Source: an archaeon GW2011_AR20
GTDB taxonomy: Archaea > Nanobdellota > Nanobdellia > SCGC-AAA011-G17 > GW2011-AR20
Assembly: GCA_000830315.1 (NCBI GenBank)
Contig: CP010426.1
Coordinates: forward strand, 588,663-652,662
Reading direction: 5' to 3'
Length of the DNA stretch: 64,000 bases
The position numbers were made by a program, and so were the translations under genes. How positions within the stretch are numbered: the first letter of the stretch is position 1; every line of letters starts with the position of its first letter. A model generated the notes under the pieces. The model searched no databases, was not told where the DNA came from, and worked only from the letters and a program-made list of their open reading frames with translations. This document shows positions 38,805 through 48,745 of this stretch, piece after piece.

Positions 38805-39250
38805 TTAAACAGTTCTTCTAATGTTGTTTGGTTATTTACAATTCTCTTTTCATATTTTACACTTCCTCTCAGTACACCTTGTTTATGGCTCAATATTTTA
38901 TTATAATCTGTTTTAACTGCTGATAAAAATTCATTATCGGTTCTATTTAAATCACTAAATGTTCTTTTAAAATAATTAACATCAGAAGTAAAGTAAATTA
39001 CTTTTGTAAATCCTAGTTCTGGTTTATAGTATACAGAAAATGATTCAAAATCCAATGCGTTATCTGAATAGTTTCTTGATAAAGTTACTGATTTGAAACC
39101 ATAGTTATTTGACAACACCAAATCTATGTCTTGCAAGCCTGTTTTTTCTTTAGAATCTATTCTAACAATTCTTAAATTGAAATCTTTGGACAATTTATTA
39201 GCTAAACCTTCTAAATCTATTTCGCTTTCAGTTTGAATTTCTTGTTGCAT
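38762..39250 (-). CDS. Hypothetical protein (last gene of the minus-strand operon)
   Basis: 162-aa ORF. No motif. Confidence 0.4.
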   Translation of the reverse strand: MQQEIQTESEIDLEGLANKLSKDFNLRIVRIDSKEKTGLQDIDLVLSNNYGFKSVTLSRNYSDNALDFESFSVYYKPELGFTKVIYFTSDVNYFKRTFSDLNRTDNEFLSAVKTDYNKILSHKQGVLRGSVKYEKRIVNNQTTLEELFNYAAFKFKGINSST

Positions 39251-39341
39251 TTTAATTTTCCTTTAATTTATTCTATCTTTATATTTTAATGAGATGTATT
39301 TTTTGAATGTTCTAAATCCATTTTATTTTTAATAAAAATAA

Positions 39342-40910
39342 TTATAATTTGCCTTTTATATCAAGTCTTAATTGTCTTTGTGAGTTATAATATATATCCG
39401 ATGCTATTTCCTTTGTTTTCAAAATTATATCTTCCACGCTTGGTCTTTCTTCTGTTTCTCTTGTCAATAGAGTTTTAGCTGCGGCAAAACCAACTTCCTT
39501 TGACATTATATCTAACAAATAGTCCGCTCTCTCAAATTCATCTTTATTTTTAAAATACTTTTCATAATCTGAATGGTTGGTGTTTACTTTTATGACCTTG
39601 CCAACTAATTTACTTCTCAACTTAGCTTCGCTTAAACCAAAACCTTCGAAATCTGGTATGAATGGAAAAACTTTTCTAGCTCCGCTTCCGCCTCCTGATT
39701 TTACTCTAGTTGGCTTTTTTATGCCTTCTTCGTCTGTTTTTTCCTGCGTCTCAACTATCTTTCTTGGACCAGACACCCTAAATAAGTTTCCCAATCCCAA
39801 ATCCCTATACACTTTATCAATTACTTGGACAACCTTGTCTGCAAGATCATAACTGCTTCTATCTTTTCTAACAGTATTTTTTTTAATTTGCACTTCTAAT
39901 GATTCACCAATTTCGTACATTTTAGGCAACCACAAATTCAAATTATTGTTAAACTCAAATGCATTTCTCGGAGCATTTAATGTTAAGAAATCATCATCTA
40001 CAAAACCTTCTAATTTACCAGAATTCCATGGTTCCTTGCCTAAAAACTCCAATGAGGCAATATCTCCGTTTACTTTTACTCCTTTATGATATACCCTGAC
40101 TTTGCCATCACTTATTTCCGGGTTTAATGTTATATGGAAATCAATTCTTCCAGTTCCTACAGTACCATCTTTTAATTTTACCCCTTCAACACTTAAATAA
40201 TCATCTTCATTCAATAAAACCTCTCCATCAAAACTTAATGGTTCTGGTTTTGCGAATCTTGTTTTTCCATCTCTGCTTAAATAACCAATGCTCATATCAA
40301 TACTGCCTTTTTTTAGTATTGGTGTATAAACCTCGCTCATTAATGATTCTAATTTTGATAAGAAAAAGTTTCTGCTCATTATTTCCTGATCAATATCTTC
40401 TAAATAAACGATAGTTCCTATTGATAATTTCGAAACTAAACTTTTTATGGCCTCGGGCACATTATTAAGATGTTCTGGATTTACAGTATTGAGGCGATAA
40501 TTTAATGCAGGATCTGCTTCAAGCAAATTTAGCAATGAGGATTCCTCGTCATTTCTTGATATAAAGATTAATTTATTCGCCTTTAGTCTTAAGTATGCTA
40601 AGTTACCTATGCCTTTTTCACCCTTCTGGGTTTTAGCAAATTCTTTTGCAGATTCGCCCACTAATGAAAAAGATTCTTTTAATCTGCCATAACTTATTCC
40701 AACACCGTTATCATAAACAGATACCCATCTTTGTGTCGGATTTACTGTTATATTGACCAAACCATTACTTATACCTCTTTCATCAATAGCATCTACAGCA
40801 TTTGTTGTATATTCCTTAAATGCTTCACCAGCTGTTGAATATAAGGATCCTAATAGCTGAATAATATGCTCGGCTTTTCTAGTTGAAAGACCAATTCTAC
40901 CTGTAATCAT
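39342..40910 (-). CDS. GHKL-superfamily ATPase (MutL/Hsp90/MORC-like Bergerat fold)
   Basis: N-box EYTTNAVDAID, G1 VYDNGVGIS, G2 KGEKGIGNLA. 522 aa. Its start overlaps the stop of the upstream gene. Confidence 0.7.
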   Translation of the reverse strand: MITGRIGLSTRKAEHIIQLLGSLYSTAGEAFKEYTTNAVDAIDERGISNGLVNITVNPTQRWVSVYDNGVGISYGRLKESFSLVGESAKEFAKTQKGEKGIGNLAYLRLKANKLIFISRNDEESSLLNLLEADPALNYRLNTVNPEHLNNVPEAIKSLVSKLSIGTIVYLEDIDQEIMSRNFFLSKLESLMSEVYTPILKKGSIDMSIGYLSRDGKTRFAKPEPLSFDGEVLLNEDDYLSVEGVKLKDGTVGTGRIDFHITLNPEISDGKVRVYHKGVKVNGDIASLEFLGKEPWNSGKLEGFVDDDFLTLNAPRNAFEFNNNLNLWLPKMYEIGESLEVQIKKNTVRKDRSSYDLADKVVQVIDKVYRDLGLGNLFRVSGPRKIVETQEKTDEEGIKKPTRVKSGGGSGARKVFPFIPDFEGFGLSEAKLRSKLVGKVIKVNTNHSDYEKYFKNKDEFERADYLLDIMSKEVGFAAAKTLLTRETEERPSVEDIILKTKEIASDIYYNSQRQLRLDIKGKL

Positions 40911-41515
40911 TTTCTTCTCCTTGGTCTATAGTCTGCCATTAAAATCCATGATTTGAATCTATCATTATCAAACATTGCGTTTAATGCACTTATTAAGTAA
41001 CCAACATCTTCTTTCTTCAAGCTCTTTGTGATTGTTTTTGTTAAAGCCTCAACTTTGTCCGGATTTTCCCTGTAATATTGTGATAGTAAAACAACTTGAT
41101 CTATTGATGTATTTACTGAATTAGAAAGCATTTTGGCCCTTTCTTCAGCGCTTGGCTCGTATCCTGAACCATCAAGATTTCTTGCCAATTCATCTAATTT
41201 ATGTAGTTCTGAAAGTAATTGTGTTAAATTAAGCTTACCTTGTTCAATAGAGTTCTGTGTTGCTTTAAGCATAAGGCTGGCTGGTTGAATATACGCTTTT
41301 TTAATGGATTCTAATCCCGTGAATGTATATAAGGCATCAATATATTTTTGATTGGATATCCCAGCAGTTTTTCCATTAATTTGATCTCCAAAAGTAGTTC
41401 TTGGTATTTTAACACCTGTTTTTTCTTCTAATTTCTCCAAAAAGTTTTTGGTACTAGGATACTTACTTAAAATATATCCTTTTAAATCATCATTCCATTT
41501 TCTATCGTCTGTCAT
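40907..41515 (-). CDS. Hypothetical protein (possible N-terminal HTH)
   Basis: 202 aa. Translationally coupled to the GHKL ATPase. Confidence 0.45.
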   Translation of the reverse strand: MTDDRKWNDDLKGYILSKYPSTKNFLEKLEEKTGVKIPRTTFGDQINGKTAGISNQKYIDALYTFTGLESIKKAYIQPASLMLKATQNSIEQGKLNLTQLLSELHKLDELARNLDGSGYEPSAEERAKMLSNSVNTSIDQVVLLSQYYRENPDKVEALTKTITKSLKKEDVGYLISALNAMFDNDRFKSWILMADYRPRRRK

Positions 41516-41573
41516 AATGGTTCAATATTTTTATGCGTTTATAAATCTTTCGTTTATTATTACTTTAAAGTGG

Positions 41574-42962
41574 TTATCTTTTTAACCTAAACCCAAAGGC
41601 AATCATGCTATGGACGCTATCACTATATCTTTCCAAAAATAATTTCTCTAAATCAAAATTGAATTTTTTAGCATATTCAGACAATAATTCAGATGCCAGT
41701 TTATACTGGTTTGTTGTAATATATCCTTTGATGCCATTTCCTCTTGATTTAATTACCCTTATTCTTTCCAAAGCAGTATCATTTAAAGTCATGAATATAA
41801 GCGAATTATTTTCCAGCATGTTTTTTTCAAATAAATGTTTTATAGCTTCTTCCTTATCAAAGGACCATCCCCCTTCATAATCCAAATTTAATAAATTGAA
41901 TTTTATGTTCTTGTATCTTTTATCCCTTAATGCGTCTAATAATTCTCCTTTATAAACATTTAAACCATTAAATATCTCTCCTCCTTTAATCAGGTCATTA
42001 TTACTGATTATTGACTGCATAATATTGGCTCTTTTCTCATCCCTTTCTGGAATCAGGCTTTCTTCCTGCAGTAAATTATTGAACGCAACAAAGGACATAT
42101 AACTTATAAAATTATTTCCTTCTAAACCCAAGTATTTTATTTTTTTGCTTTCTAAATATTCCAATAAAGAATTTATTTCTTTCTCCCTGATTCTCTGCTT
42201 TTCCTTGCCACTATAAACTTTTAATCCCAATATGCTCTTAGTTGCAATGGCTTCTAGTGTGCTTAGTTCCTGTTCAACAAATTCTTTGCTCAAAACTCCA
42301 TTTCTTTTCAGATATTCTTTTATTGTTTCTTCACTTAGCCTGAATTTTCTTCCTATTCTTGCAATATTGCCGTGATCTTTCCACTCTTCATATATCTTTT
42401 TTACCAAAACACCTTTATACCTAACTTTATCTTTTTTATTAAAAATAATTTTAGGTTTGCTGATTGTATGCATCATATTTTGATAGTTTGGTAAATCAAC
42501 ATCACCATAAATCAGGCCGTAATTATGCGTTAATTTTTCCCATAAATCCGGAGTTAATTCATTTTTAATTAAGTCAAGTATTTTCTCAAGATTTTTTCTC
42601 TTAATCGGCAAAATTACTTCTTTTTCTCTCCCCAATAAGACATCTAGGCTGTATGAATCTACAAGATTATTCTCAATAAACACATTATTTCTTACCAATA
42701 ATTTGCTTAATTCAAATATGTCTAAGTTATTTGATACAGCAAAACTCTTTAAATCTGTCTTTTGACTATTATTTCTATGTTTTTTCTTGCCAGAATCAAT
42801 GCTATTCTTAGCGTCGCTTAATTCCATAATTAATTCATCTTTTGTATGCTTAAAACCAGCATTCTTAAATTGCTTAATTACATCATTAATGCTCTTATTT
42901 CTAGCTAAAAAGTAAATTAGATAGAGTCTTTCTTCTGGCAGAAAATCCGGTTCGTTTGTCAT
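41574..42962 (-). CDS. Hypothetical protein with an internal HTH-like segment
   Basis: 462 aa. IARIGRKFRLSEETIKEYLKRNG resembles a sigma/wHTH helix-turn-helix. Confidence 0.45.
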   Translation of the reverse strand: MTNEPDFLPEERLYLIYFLARNKSINDVIKQFKNAGFKHTKDELIMELSDAKNSIDSGKKKHRNNSQKTDLKSFAVSNNLDIFELSKLLVRNNVFIENNLVDSYSLDVLLGREKEVILPIKRKNLEKILDLIKNELTPDLWEKLTHNYGLIYGDVDLPNYQNMMHTISKPKIIFNKKDKVRYKGVLVKKIYEEWKDHGNIARIGRKFRLSEETIKEYLKRNGVLSKEFVEQELSTLEAIATKSILGLKVYSGKEKQRIREKEINSLLEYLESKKIKYLGLEGNNFISYMSFVAFNNLLQEESLIPERDEKRANIMQSIISNNDLIKGGEIFNGLNVYKGELLDALRDKRYKNIKFNLLNLDYEGGWSFDKEEAIKHLFEKNMLENNSLIFMTLNDTALERIRVIKSRGNGIKGYITTNQYKLASELLSEYAKKFNFDLEKLFLERYSDSVHSMIAFGFRLKR

Positions 42963-42979
42963 TTTAAAAAATAAAAAAC

Positions 42980-44269
42980 TTATCGATATGGAACCCAGGA
43001 ATTACCGGTGTACATGTGGGTATAGATAAAATTCCTTATAGTTGGCAATTGATATTTCCCTTTCTTATTTAATTTTAAAATGCCTTCAGAAGTTAATTTA
43101 GTCATTGAATCATTGTCTAAATTTAACATGCCCTGTAATTCTTCACGAACAATTCCTTTCTTTAATTTTCTTTTCTTTGCTTCAATCTTGTACAACAAAC
43201 TCATCCTGTACAAGTGATTTTCAAATTCTTTTACAGGAACTAAATAAGTGTCTTTGCTTTCAATTATGTTTATCCTGTTTCTGGCTTTTAAATCAGATAC
43301 TCTGGATACATAATTGTGCAGTGAAATATCTTTTCCAGTAAGCTTTTGTTCAAGATCTTTCCACAACTTTGCAGCATCTCTGATTGAATAGCCTTGTTTC
43401 TTAGTCAAGTTTTCGTCAATTTTGTCTGCATCATAATATCTTTCACCTTCTCTAACTTCTGGTTTAACGACCCCTTTCTTTACAAGCCATGCAAGGCTTG
43501 CAGGATTTATACTGTATTTGCTATAAATTTCCTTAGGAGTGTAGAATTTTTTTTTGCTGATTTCGTGTTTGAACAAGTAACCTCCTTTATCATCATATAA
43601 GCTGAATCTGACATTCGCTTTCTTTAATCTGTCTAAATCTAGTTCGCTTTGGTTTTCAAATAACAGCCCCTTAAGATTTTGTAAGGATTTTTTAGCTTTC
43701 TCGGTCTCTTTATTTGGTTTTGCTGCTATTATTATCAAGCCATCCTTTTCTGTGCTTGAAATATCATCCAAAGTTAAATTAGCATCTTTTAATTTTTGAA
43801 CTTGTTCATTAAACCAAATGCCTACTGCTCCATATAGATCATAAGACAAGTTTTTTTGTTGTGGCACCCTATCTTCGCCATAAACAGGCAATACAAAAAC
43901 CAATGAATCATCTAAGCTAATTGCTCCTTGAACTTCTAAATCAGTTTTTACCCTGCCAAGGTTGGAGTCAAGGTTTTCATAACTTTTAATTTTGTTTTTA
44001 GCATTTTCATAAGCTGCTTTAATTGCTTTAGGAACTCTTTTCTTTTTTTCTACAAATCTTACAACATCAATATCGTCTTTGTTTTCTACTTTTAACCTAT
44101 TATACGTTTCTACAGCTTCTTCCAGAGGACTTATTTTTTCCAGCTCTTGCACTGCTAAAGCCCTTTCTCTAAGTAAATCTGCACCTCTTCTAACAGAGTG
44201 CATTATCGCGTCTTTTAATTCAACCAAAGACCTTTGTTCTGTTTTTCTTATGATATCTGAGATGCTCAT
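42980..44269 (-). CDS. Hypothetical Lys/Glu-rich protein
   Basis: 429 aa, no recognised family. Overlaps the upstream ORF by 4 nt. Confidence 0.45.
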   Translation of the reverse strand: MSISDIIRKTEQRSLVELKDAIMHSVRRGADLLRERALAVQELEKISPLEEAVETYNRLKVENKDDIDVVRFVEKKKRVPKAIKAAYENAKNKIKSYENLDSNLGRVKTDLEVQGAISLDDSLVFVLPVYGEDRVPQQKNLSYDLYGAVGIWFNEQVQKLKDANLTLDDISSTEKDGLIIIAAKPNKETEKAKKSLQNLKGLLFENQSELDLDRLKKANVRFSLYDDKGGYLFKHEISKKKFYTPKEIYSKYSINPASLAWLVKKGVVKPEVREGERYYDADKIDENLTKKQGYSIRDAAKLWKDLEQKLTGKDISLHNYVSRVSDLKARNRINIIESKDTYLVPVKEFENHLYRMSLLYKIEAKKRKLKKGIVREELQGMLNLDNDSMTKLTSEGILKLNKKGKYQLPTIRNFIYTHMYTGNSWVPYR

Positions 44270-44646
44270 TTTGATTCTCCGAAGCCGTTATATTGTGAAT
44301 AGCTAACAAGCTGTTTTGATAGTGAATTCCTTTCAGAATATAATAAGTTTAATTTTTCTCTTACCTCATCTTTTTCTGATTCTGCTTTTAGTTCTTTTTC
44401 ATATCTTGATACTTCAGTGTTTATTTCATCCAATCTCCTTTTTGTATCATCATGCTTAAACCTATTAACTGCGATTTTATCATTTTGCGGGATATCTTCA
44501 ATTGTTACTAAGCCTTCTAATTTGTCCTCGCTTAAGCTAAAATCTTTTATATCTAAACCAATTTTTATGGCCTTATTTGTTAATCTAAATAAATCTATAT
44601 GATACCTTAGTGCAATATCCCTTAAATCTATATTTCTTTTAGTCAT
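44266..44646 (-). CDS. Hypothetical protein
   Basis: 126 aa, charged and helical. Confidence 0.4.
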   Translation of the reverse strand: MTKRNIDLRDIALRYHIDLFRLTNKAIKIGLDIKDFSLSEDKLEGLVTIEDIPQNDKIAVNRFKHDDTKRRLDEINTEVSRYEKELKAESEKDEVREKLNLLYSERNSLSKQLVSYSQYNGFGESK

Positions 44647-44713
44647 TTTAGCTCAGTTTATCCTATAAAATCCTGTTTTATAAATCTTTCGGTTTGTAAC
44701 TACTTTAAAGTTA

Positions 44714-45022
44714 TTATTTTAATTTGAAACCCAAATATTTCTCAATTAAGAGGAATCTTGATACACTATAACCTCCACTATAATGCCATACTCCCCTGTC
44801 TTTATCTCCAAAATAATATACTTTCTCAGCAATAGTTCCCGGGTATGGGCATATTTCTATTTTTTGAAGTTCCCTATCTAAATCAAAAGTTAATTTATAT
44901 TCAAATTTTTTAGTTTTCCAGCTTATTATGTCATTTTTTTCAAATGAATTTTTTAGTCTAGCAAACTCTCTTCCATACATTTCTAATGCTTTCAATGTTT
45001 TTTCTAATTTTGATTGTGTCAT
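44714..45022 (-). CDS. Hypothetical protein
   Basis: 102 aa. Confidence 0.4.
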   Translation of the reverse strand: MTQSKLEKTLKALEMYGREFARLKNSFEKNDIISWKTKKFEYKLTFDLDRELQKIEICPYPGTIAEKVYYFGDKDRGVWHYSGGYSVSRFLLIEKYLGFKLK

Positions 45023-45029
45023 TTTAATC

Positions 45030-45560
45030 CTATTTTTTAATTATGGAAGTTGCAATATCAGCGAGAGTTTCTTCTCCACCACATTCTGATCTGATAAATT
45101 TAATACCTAGTTTTCTAGCATGTTCTATTTTTTTATCAATATCACATCCGCATCCAACTAAAGTTAATTTACTGGAATGATCTTTTCCTAGTCTATGAAC
45201 TAAGCCCAATGAAGTTTCTAACCCATATCTTCCACAATAAACTATTATTTCAGAGAAACTATCGCTCGGTTCAGATCCAAACAAATCATAAAATTTACTT
45301 GAAACTACACCCGCTGAATATTCTCCTGCTTGATAAGTTTCAGATTGTGAATGATAAGCTACAGGACTATAATGACCTTCTCCTCTAAAGATGATTAATT
45401 TACCATCTCCAAAGATTCCTTCTCCAAATCCTTTTACATCTCTGTAAGTAAGTATTAAACTCAATGGTTTTTTTAATTGTGATTTATCGATTTTCATTTT
45501 CTTTCTCCTTTCATATCCAATCTTATGTTGAATCATGAATATATTACTATAAAGTAACAC
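45030..45560 (-). CDS. Hypothetical protein (first gene of the operon)
   Basis: 176 aa. A Gly-rich N-terminal half (GFGEGIFGDG, GEGHY) and C-terminal LVGCGCD...SECGGE. No family recognised. Confidence 0.4.
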   Translation of the reverse strand: MLLYSNIFMIQHKIGYERRKKMKIDKSQLKKPLSLILTYRDVKGFGEGIFGDGKLIIFRGEGHYSPVAYHSQSETYQAGEYSAGVVSSKFYDLFGSEPSDSFSEIIVYCGRYGLETSLGLVHRLGKDHSSKLTLVGCGCDIDKKIEHARKLGIKFIRSECGGEETLADIATSIIKK

Positions 45561-45714
45561 TTATATAAAAAGATATTCCTAAAATAATGAAAAATATTAC
45601 AATAAAAACCGAAATATTTATAAATAATGGAAATATATTCCATTTTAGGTATAAATAACTACAAAAACAAAAGATTTAAATATTTGAACATATTAAACGT
45701 AATAAACATAATTT
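45561..45714. promoter_or_regulatory. AT-rich divergent promoter region between the operon (minus strand) and vapB (plus strand)
   Basis: 154-nt intergenic region, over 80% AT, with multiple TATA-like elements (TTTATAAATA, TATATAAAAA). Confidence 0.3.
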
Positions 45715-45954
45715 ATGGAGGTAAACAAAATGGTAAGTATTACGTTAGCTGTTCCAGAAGAATTAAAGAAAGAGATGGATAAACATCCTGAATTGAATTG
45801 GAGTGAAGTAGCTAGATCAGCTATAAGGGAAAAGTTAGTTGTCTTAAATAAATTAAACAAAATCTTGGCAAAAAGCAAGTTTACAGCAGAAGATGCTTTA
45901 GAATTAGGAAGAAAAGTAAATAAAGCCGTATCTAAAAAATATTTGGGGGAATGA
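45715..45954 (+). CDS. VapB-like antitoxin (small DNA-binding protein)
   Basis: 79 aa. Lies immediately upstream of the PIN gene (4-nt spacer). Confidence 0.5.
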   Translation: MEVNKMVSITLAVPEELKKEMDKHPELNWSEVARSAIREKLVVLNKLNKILAKSKFTAEDALELGRKVNKAVSKKYLGE

Positions 45955-45958
45955 AATA

Positions 45959-46363
45959 TTGGATATCGTCGTAGACGCAAACATATTATTTTCTGCATTA
46001 ATTAAAGATGATCATATAAGAGGGCTTTTGTTATTTATTAAGCACAAAATTTATGTTCCTGAATTTATTTTGGACGAAATAAATAAATATAAAGAAGAGA
46101 TTATTAAAAGGGGAAATATCTCGGAAGAAGAATTTAAGGAAGTGTTTAATGAAATTCTTGAGAATTCAAAGATTAATATTGTTCCTAAGGAAGATTTTGA
46201 GAGTTATATAGGAAAAGCTAGAGAAATTTCTCCAGATTTAAAAGATATTCATTATTTTGCATTAGCTTTAAAATTAAATTGTCCGATTTGTAGCGATGAT
46301 AAAGATTTTAAAAGACAAGACAAAGTAAAGATATTGAAGACTTCAGAAGTTGATATTTATTAA
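45959..46363 (+). CDS. PIN-domain VapC-like toxin
   Basis: IVVDANILFSAL first acidic motif and a distal SDDKDF. Confidence 0.7.
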   Translation: MDIVVDANILFSALIKDDHIRGLLLFIKHKIYVPEFILDEINKYKEEIIKRGNISEEEFKEVFNEILENSKINIVPKEDFESYIGKAREISPDLKDIHYFALALKLNCPICSDDKDFKRQDKVKILKTSEVDIY

Positions 46364-46366
46364 AAA

Positions 46367-46813
46367 ATGAAACTAGACAAAAAAGATCTAAAAATACTTG
46401 AAATATTAAAAGAAAATAGCAAATTAACAACTAGCCAGATTTATAAAAAAACAAATATTCCAATAACAACAGTTCACAATAGAATCAAGAAATTAGAAAA
46501 TCTAGGCATTATAAGGAGTTATACTTTAAAATTAGACTATAATAAATTAGGAAAACCAATAACAGGATTTATTTTAGTTACAATTAATTATATTCTGCCA
46601 GATGGAACAAAGATTAAGCAGGAACATGTTGCTCAAGAAATAAGCAAGCTAGAGGGTGTAGAGGAGGTTAACATTATGACGGGCGCAACAGACATATTAA
46701 TTAAAGTTAGAGTCTCAAGCATAGAAGAATTAAACGAATTTGTTATAAAGAAATTAAGAAATATTAATGGTGTAGATAAAACTCAGACAATGATTACATT
46801 AAGTAGTTATTAA
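46367..46813 (+). CDS. Lrp/AsnC-family transcriptional regulator
   Basis: N-terminal HTH (DLKILEILKENSKLTTSQIYKKTNIPITTVHNRIKKLENLGII) plus a RAM domain. Confidence 0.85.
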   Translation: MKLDKKDLKILEILKENSKLTTSQIYKKTNIPITTVHNRIKKLENLGIIRSYTLKLDYNKLGKPITGFILVTINYILPDGTKIKQEHVAQEISKLEGVEEVNIMTGATDILIKVRVSSIEELNEFVIKKLRNINGVDKTQTMITLSSY

Positions 46814-46948
46814 TAACCTATTTATACAATTAAATAACAATTTTGTAATGTAAAGATTTTATGGTTTTCAGAAACGAGCAATGAAGATAAGAAGATATGG
46901 GCTGAAGCAAAAGAGAATATTTAAATAGTAATCAAAAATTTTATTAGT

Positions 46949-47380
46949 ATGGCTTTTTGGGACAAATGGTTTAAACCTTCGGAAGAAGAGCAGAATAAAA
47001 TAAAATTACGCGCAAAAATTCAGGGATTAATTAAAATTTGTAATTCTTTAATTGAAGATTTGCATGCCAAGCTTAATCAAAATAAAGATAAGGCAACACA
47101 GGCATCAATAAAGAAAGTTAGAAGCCAGATTCAGGAATCTTTGGGGCATTTGGAAGGCGCTGATAAATCCTTAAATGAGTTAAATGTTGAATTAACAATA
47201 GAAGAGCTGGAAGAAGCTGATAAGGATATTAACTCTAAAAATTTGAGCGATAGCGCAATACACTATCTAGTATCTCAGGTTAAGATATTATCAAAAAAAT
47301 ACTTAAGTGATATAAGCTATATAAGAACAAATATAGACAACCTGATAAGGGTAGATTTGCCGGGTTTTAAGCTAAAATGA
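46949..47380 (+). CDS. Hypothetical coiled-coil protein
   Basis: 143 aa. Overlaps the start of the next gene. Confidence 0.4.
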   Translation: MAFWDKWFKPSEEEQNKIKLRAKIQGLIKICNSLIEDLHAKLNQNKDKATQASIKKVRSQIQESLGHLEGADKSLNELNVELTIEELEEADKDINSKNLSDSAIHYLVSQVKILSKKYLSDISYIRTNIDNLIRVDLPGFKLK

Positions 47381-47673
47381 ATTTCAATGAAAAGGTTTAT
47401 AATTTATGCAGGAAAATTCCAAAAGGAAAGATTTCTACATACAAAGGAGTTGCACATGCTTTAAATTCTAAAGCTTACAGGGCAGTTGGAAATGCATTAA
47501 ATAAAAACCCTTATGCTCCGGAAGTTCCATGTCATAGAATTGTTGGAAGCTCTGGAAATTTAGTTGGATTTGCTTCTGGATTAAGAAATAAAGCAAGATT
47601 ATTGAGAAAAGAAGGTATTGAAATAAAAAATAATAAGGTTTTGAATTTTGAGGATGTATTATATAAATTTTAA
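47377..47673 (+). CDS. ogt: Methylated-DNA-protein-cysteine methyltransferase (Ogt/MGMT catalytic domain only)
   Basis: Active site VPCHRIV and HTH YKGVAHAL. 98 aa. Confidence 0.8.
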   Translation: MNFNEKVYNLCRKIPKGKISTYKGVAHALNSKAYRAVGNALNKNPYAPEVPCHRIVGSSGNLVGFASGLRNKARLLRKEGIEIKNNKVLNFEDVLYKF

Positions 47674-47734
47674 CAAAAAGCTTTATAAATTTTTATATCT
47701 TACAAATATTAAGGGAAAAAGGGGATAAAGTTCT

Positions 47735-48745
47735 ATGATAGAAAAAAAAGTGAAGGATATAAACAAAGAAGTTGGTTTATTAAAGAAAGAGCTAAATGTC
47801 CTGAAGCGTAATTTTAGAAAGAAGTTTAACCTGATCATAAATGAATTGCAGAAATTTGGCTATGATTATGAAATTATCTTAGAACCGGAGAATCAAGAAC
47901 TGGATTCGCATGAATATTATCCAAGCTTAATTGAAAAGATTATTCCAAAGAAATCATTCAAGGATGTTATATTAAATGAGGATATAAAATCACAGTTGAA
48001 CATGGCTCTGTCGCAGATAAAAAATCACAATAAGTTAATGAATGAATGGAAACTAAGCAATATTCAGGATGGAAATGCATTATCAATGATATTCTCAGGA
48101 CCTTCTGGAACAGGAAAAACATTGACTGCAGAAGCATTGGCGAAGGAATTAAAAAACAAGCTTTACATCGTGCGTTATTCAAACTTGGTTGACAGTTTTA
48201 TTGGGGAAACTGGAAAAAACATTGTCAAGGTTTTTGAAATTGCAAAGAAAAACAAGGCAATATTATTCTTTGATGAAGCAGATGCAATTGCCTCAAGCAG
48301 AACAAACATCTTTTCCTCGACGGATTCGGAAACAAATCTAACGAAAAACGTTTTATTGAAGGAATTGGAAAAGTTTGATGGCATTGTTATATTCGCAACT
48401 AATTTGGCAAGCAATTTTGACAAGGCGTTTGAAAGAAGAATTAATCTTCATATAAACTTTAAAATGCCGAACATTGATGAAAGAGAGCAGATCTGGAAAT
48501 TATTGAGCAAGGCACTGCCTTTAAATAAAGATGTTAATTTCAATGATATAGCAAAAGAATTTGAATTTTCAGGGGGACATATCAAAAATTCTGTTATCAA
48601 TGCAGCAAGGTTAGCAATTTCAAATAACTCGGATGATATAAAGAAAGAGCATTTTGTCAAGGCAGCCAGATTAGTCAGAGAAGGGCGAAATATTCTGCAG
48701 CAGTTTGAAGACGAGAATAAAGATAAATTAAATTATTTGGGATAA
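47735..48745 (+). CDS. AAA-family ATPase (single AAA domain)
   Basis: Walker A GPSGTGKT, Walker B ILFFDEAD, and sensor/arginine-finger region. Confidence 0.8.
   Translation: MIEKKVKDINKEVGLLKKELNVLKRNFRKKFNLIINELQKFGYDYEIILEPENQELDSHEYYPSLIEKIIPKKSFKDVILNEDIKSQLNMALSQIKNHNKLMNEWKLSNIQDGNALSMIFSGPSGTGKTLTAEALAKELKNKLYIVRYSNLVDSFIGETGKNIVKVFEIAKKNKAILFFDEADAIASSRTNIFSSTDSETNLTKNVLLKELEKFDGIVIFATNLASNFDKAFERRINLHINFKMPNIDEREQIWKLLSKALPLNKDVNFNDIAKEFEFSGGHIKNSVINAARLAISNNSDDIKKEHFVKAARLVREGRNILQQFEDENKDKLNYLG

Noticed and set aside
39342-40910. GHKL ATPase as topoisomerase VI subunit B
   Set aside because: The length is similar to Top6B, but no Top6A/Spo11 (toprim plus wHTH-Tyr) gene is adjacent. 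The G2 box looks more Hsp90/MORC/MutL-like.
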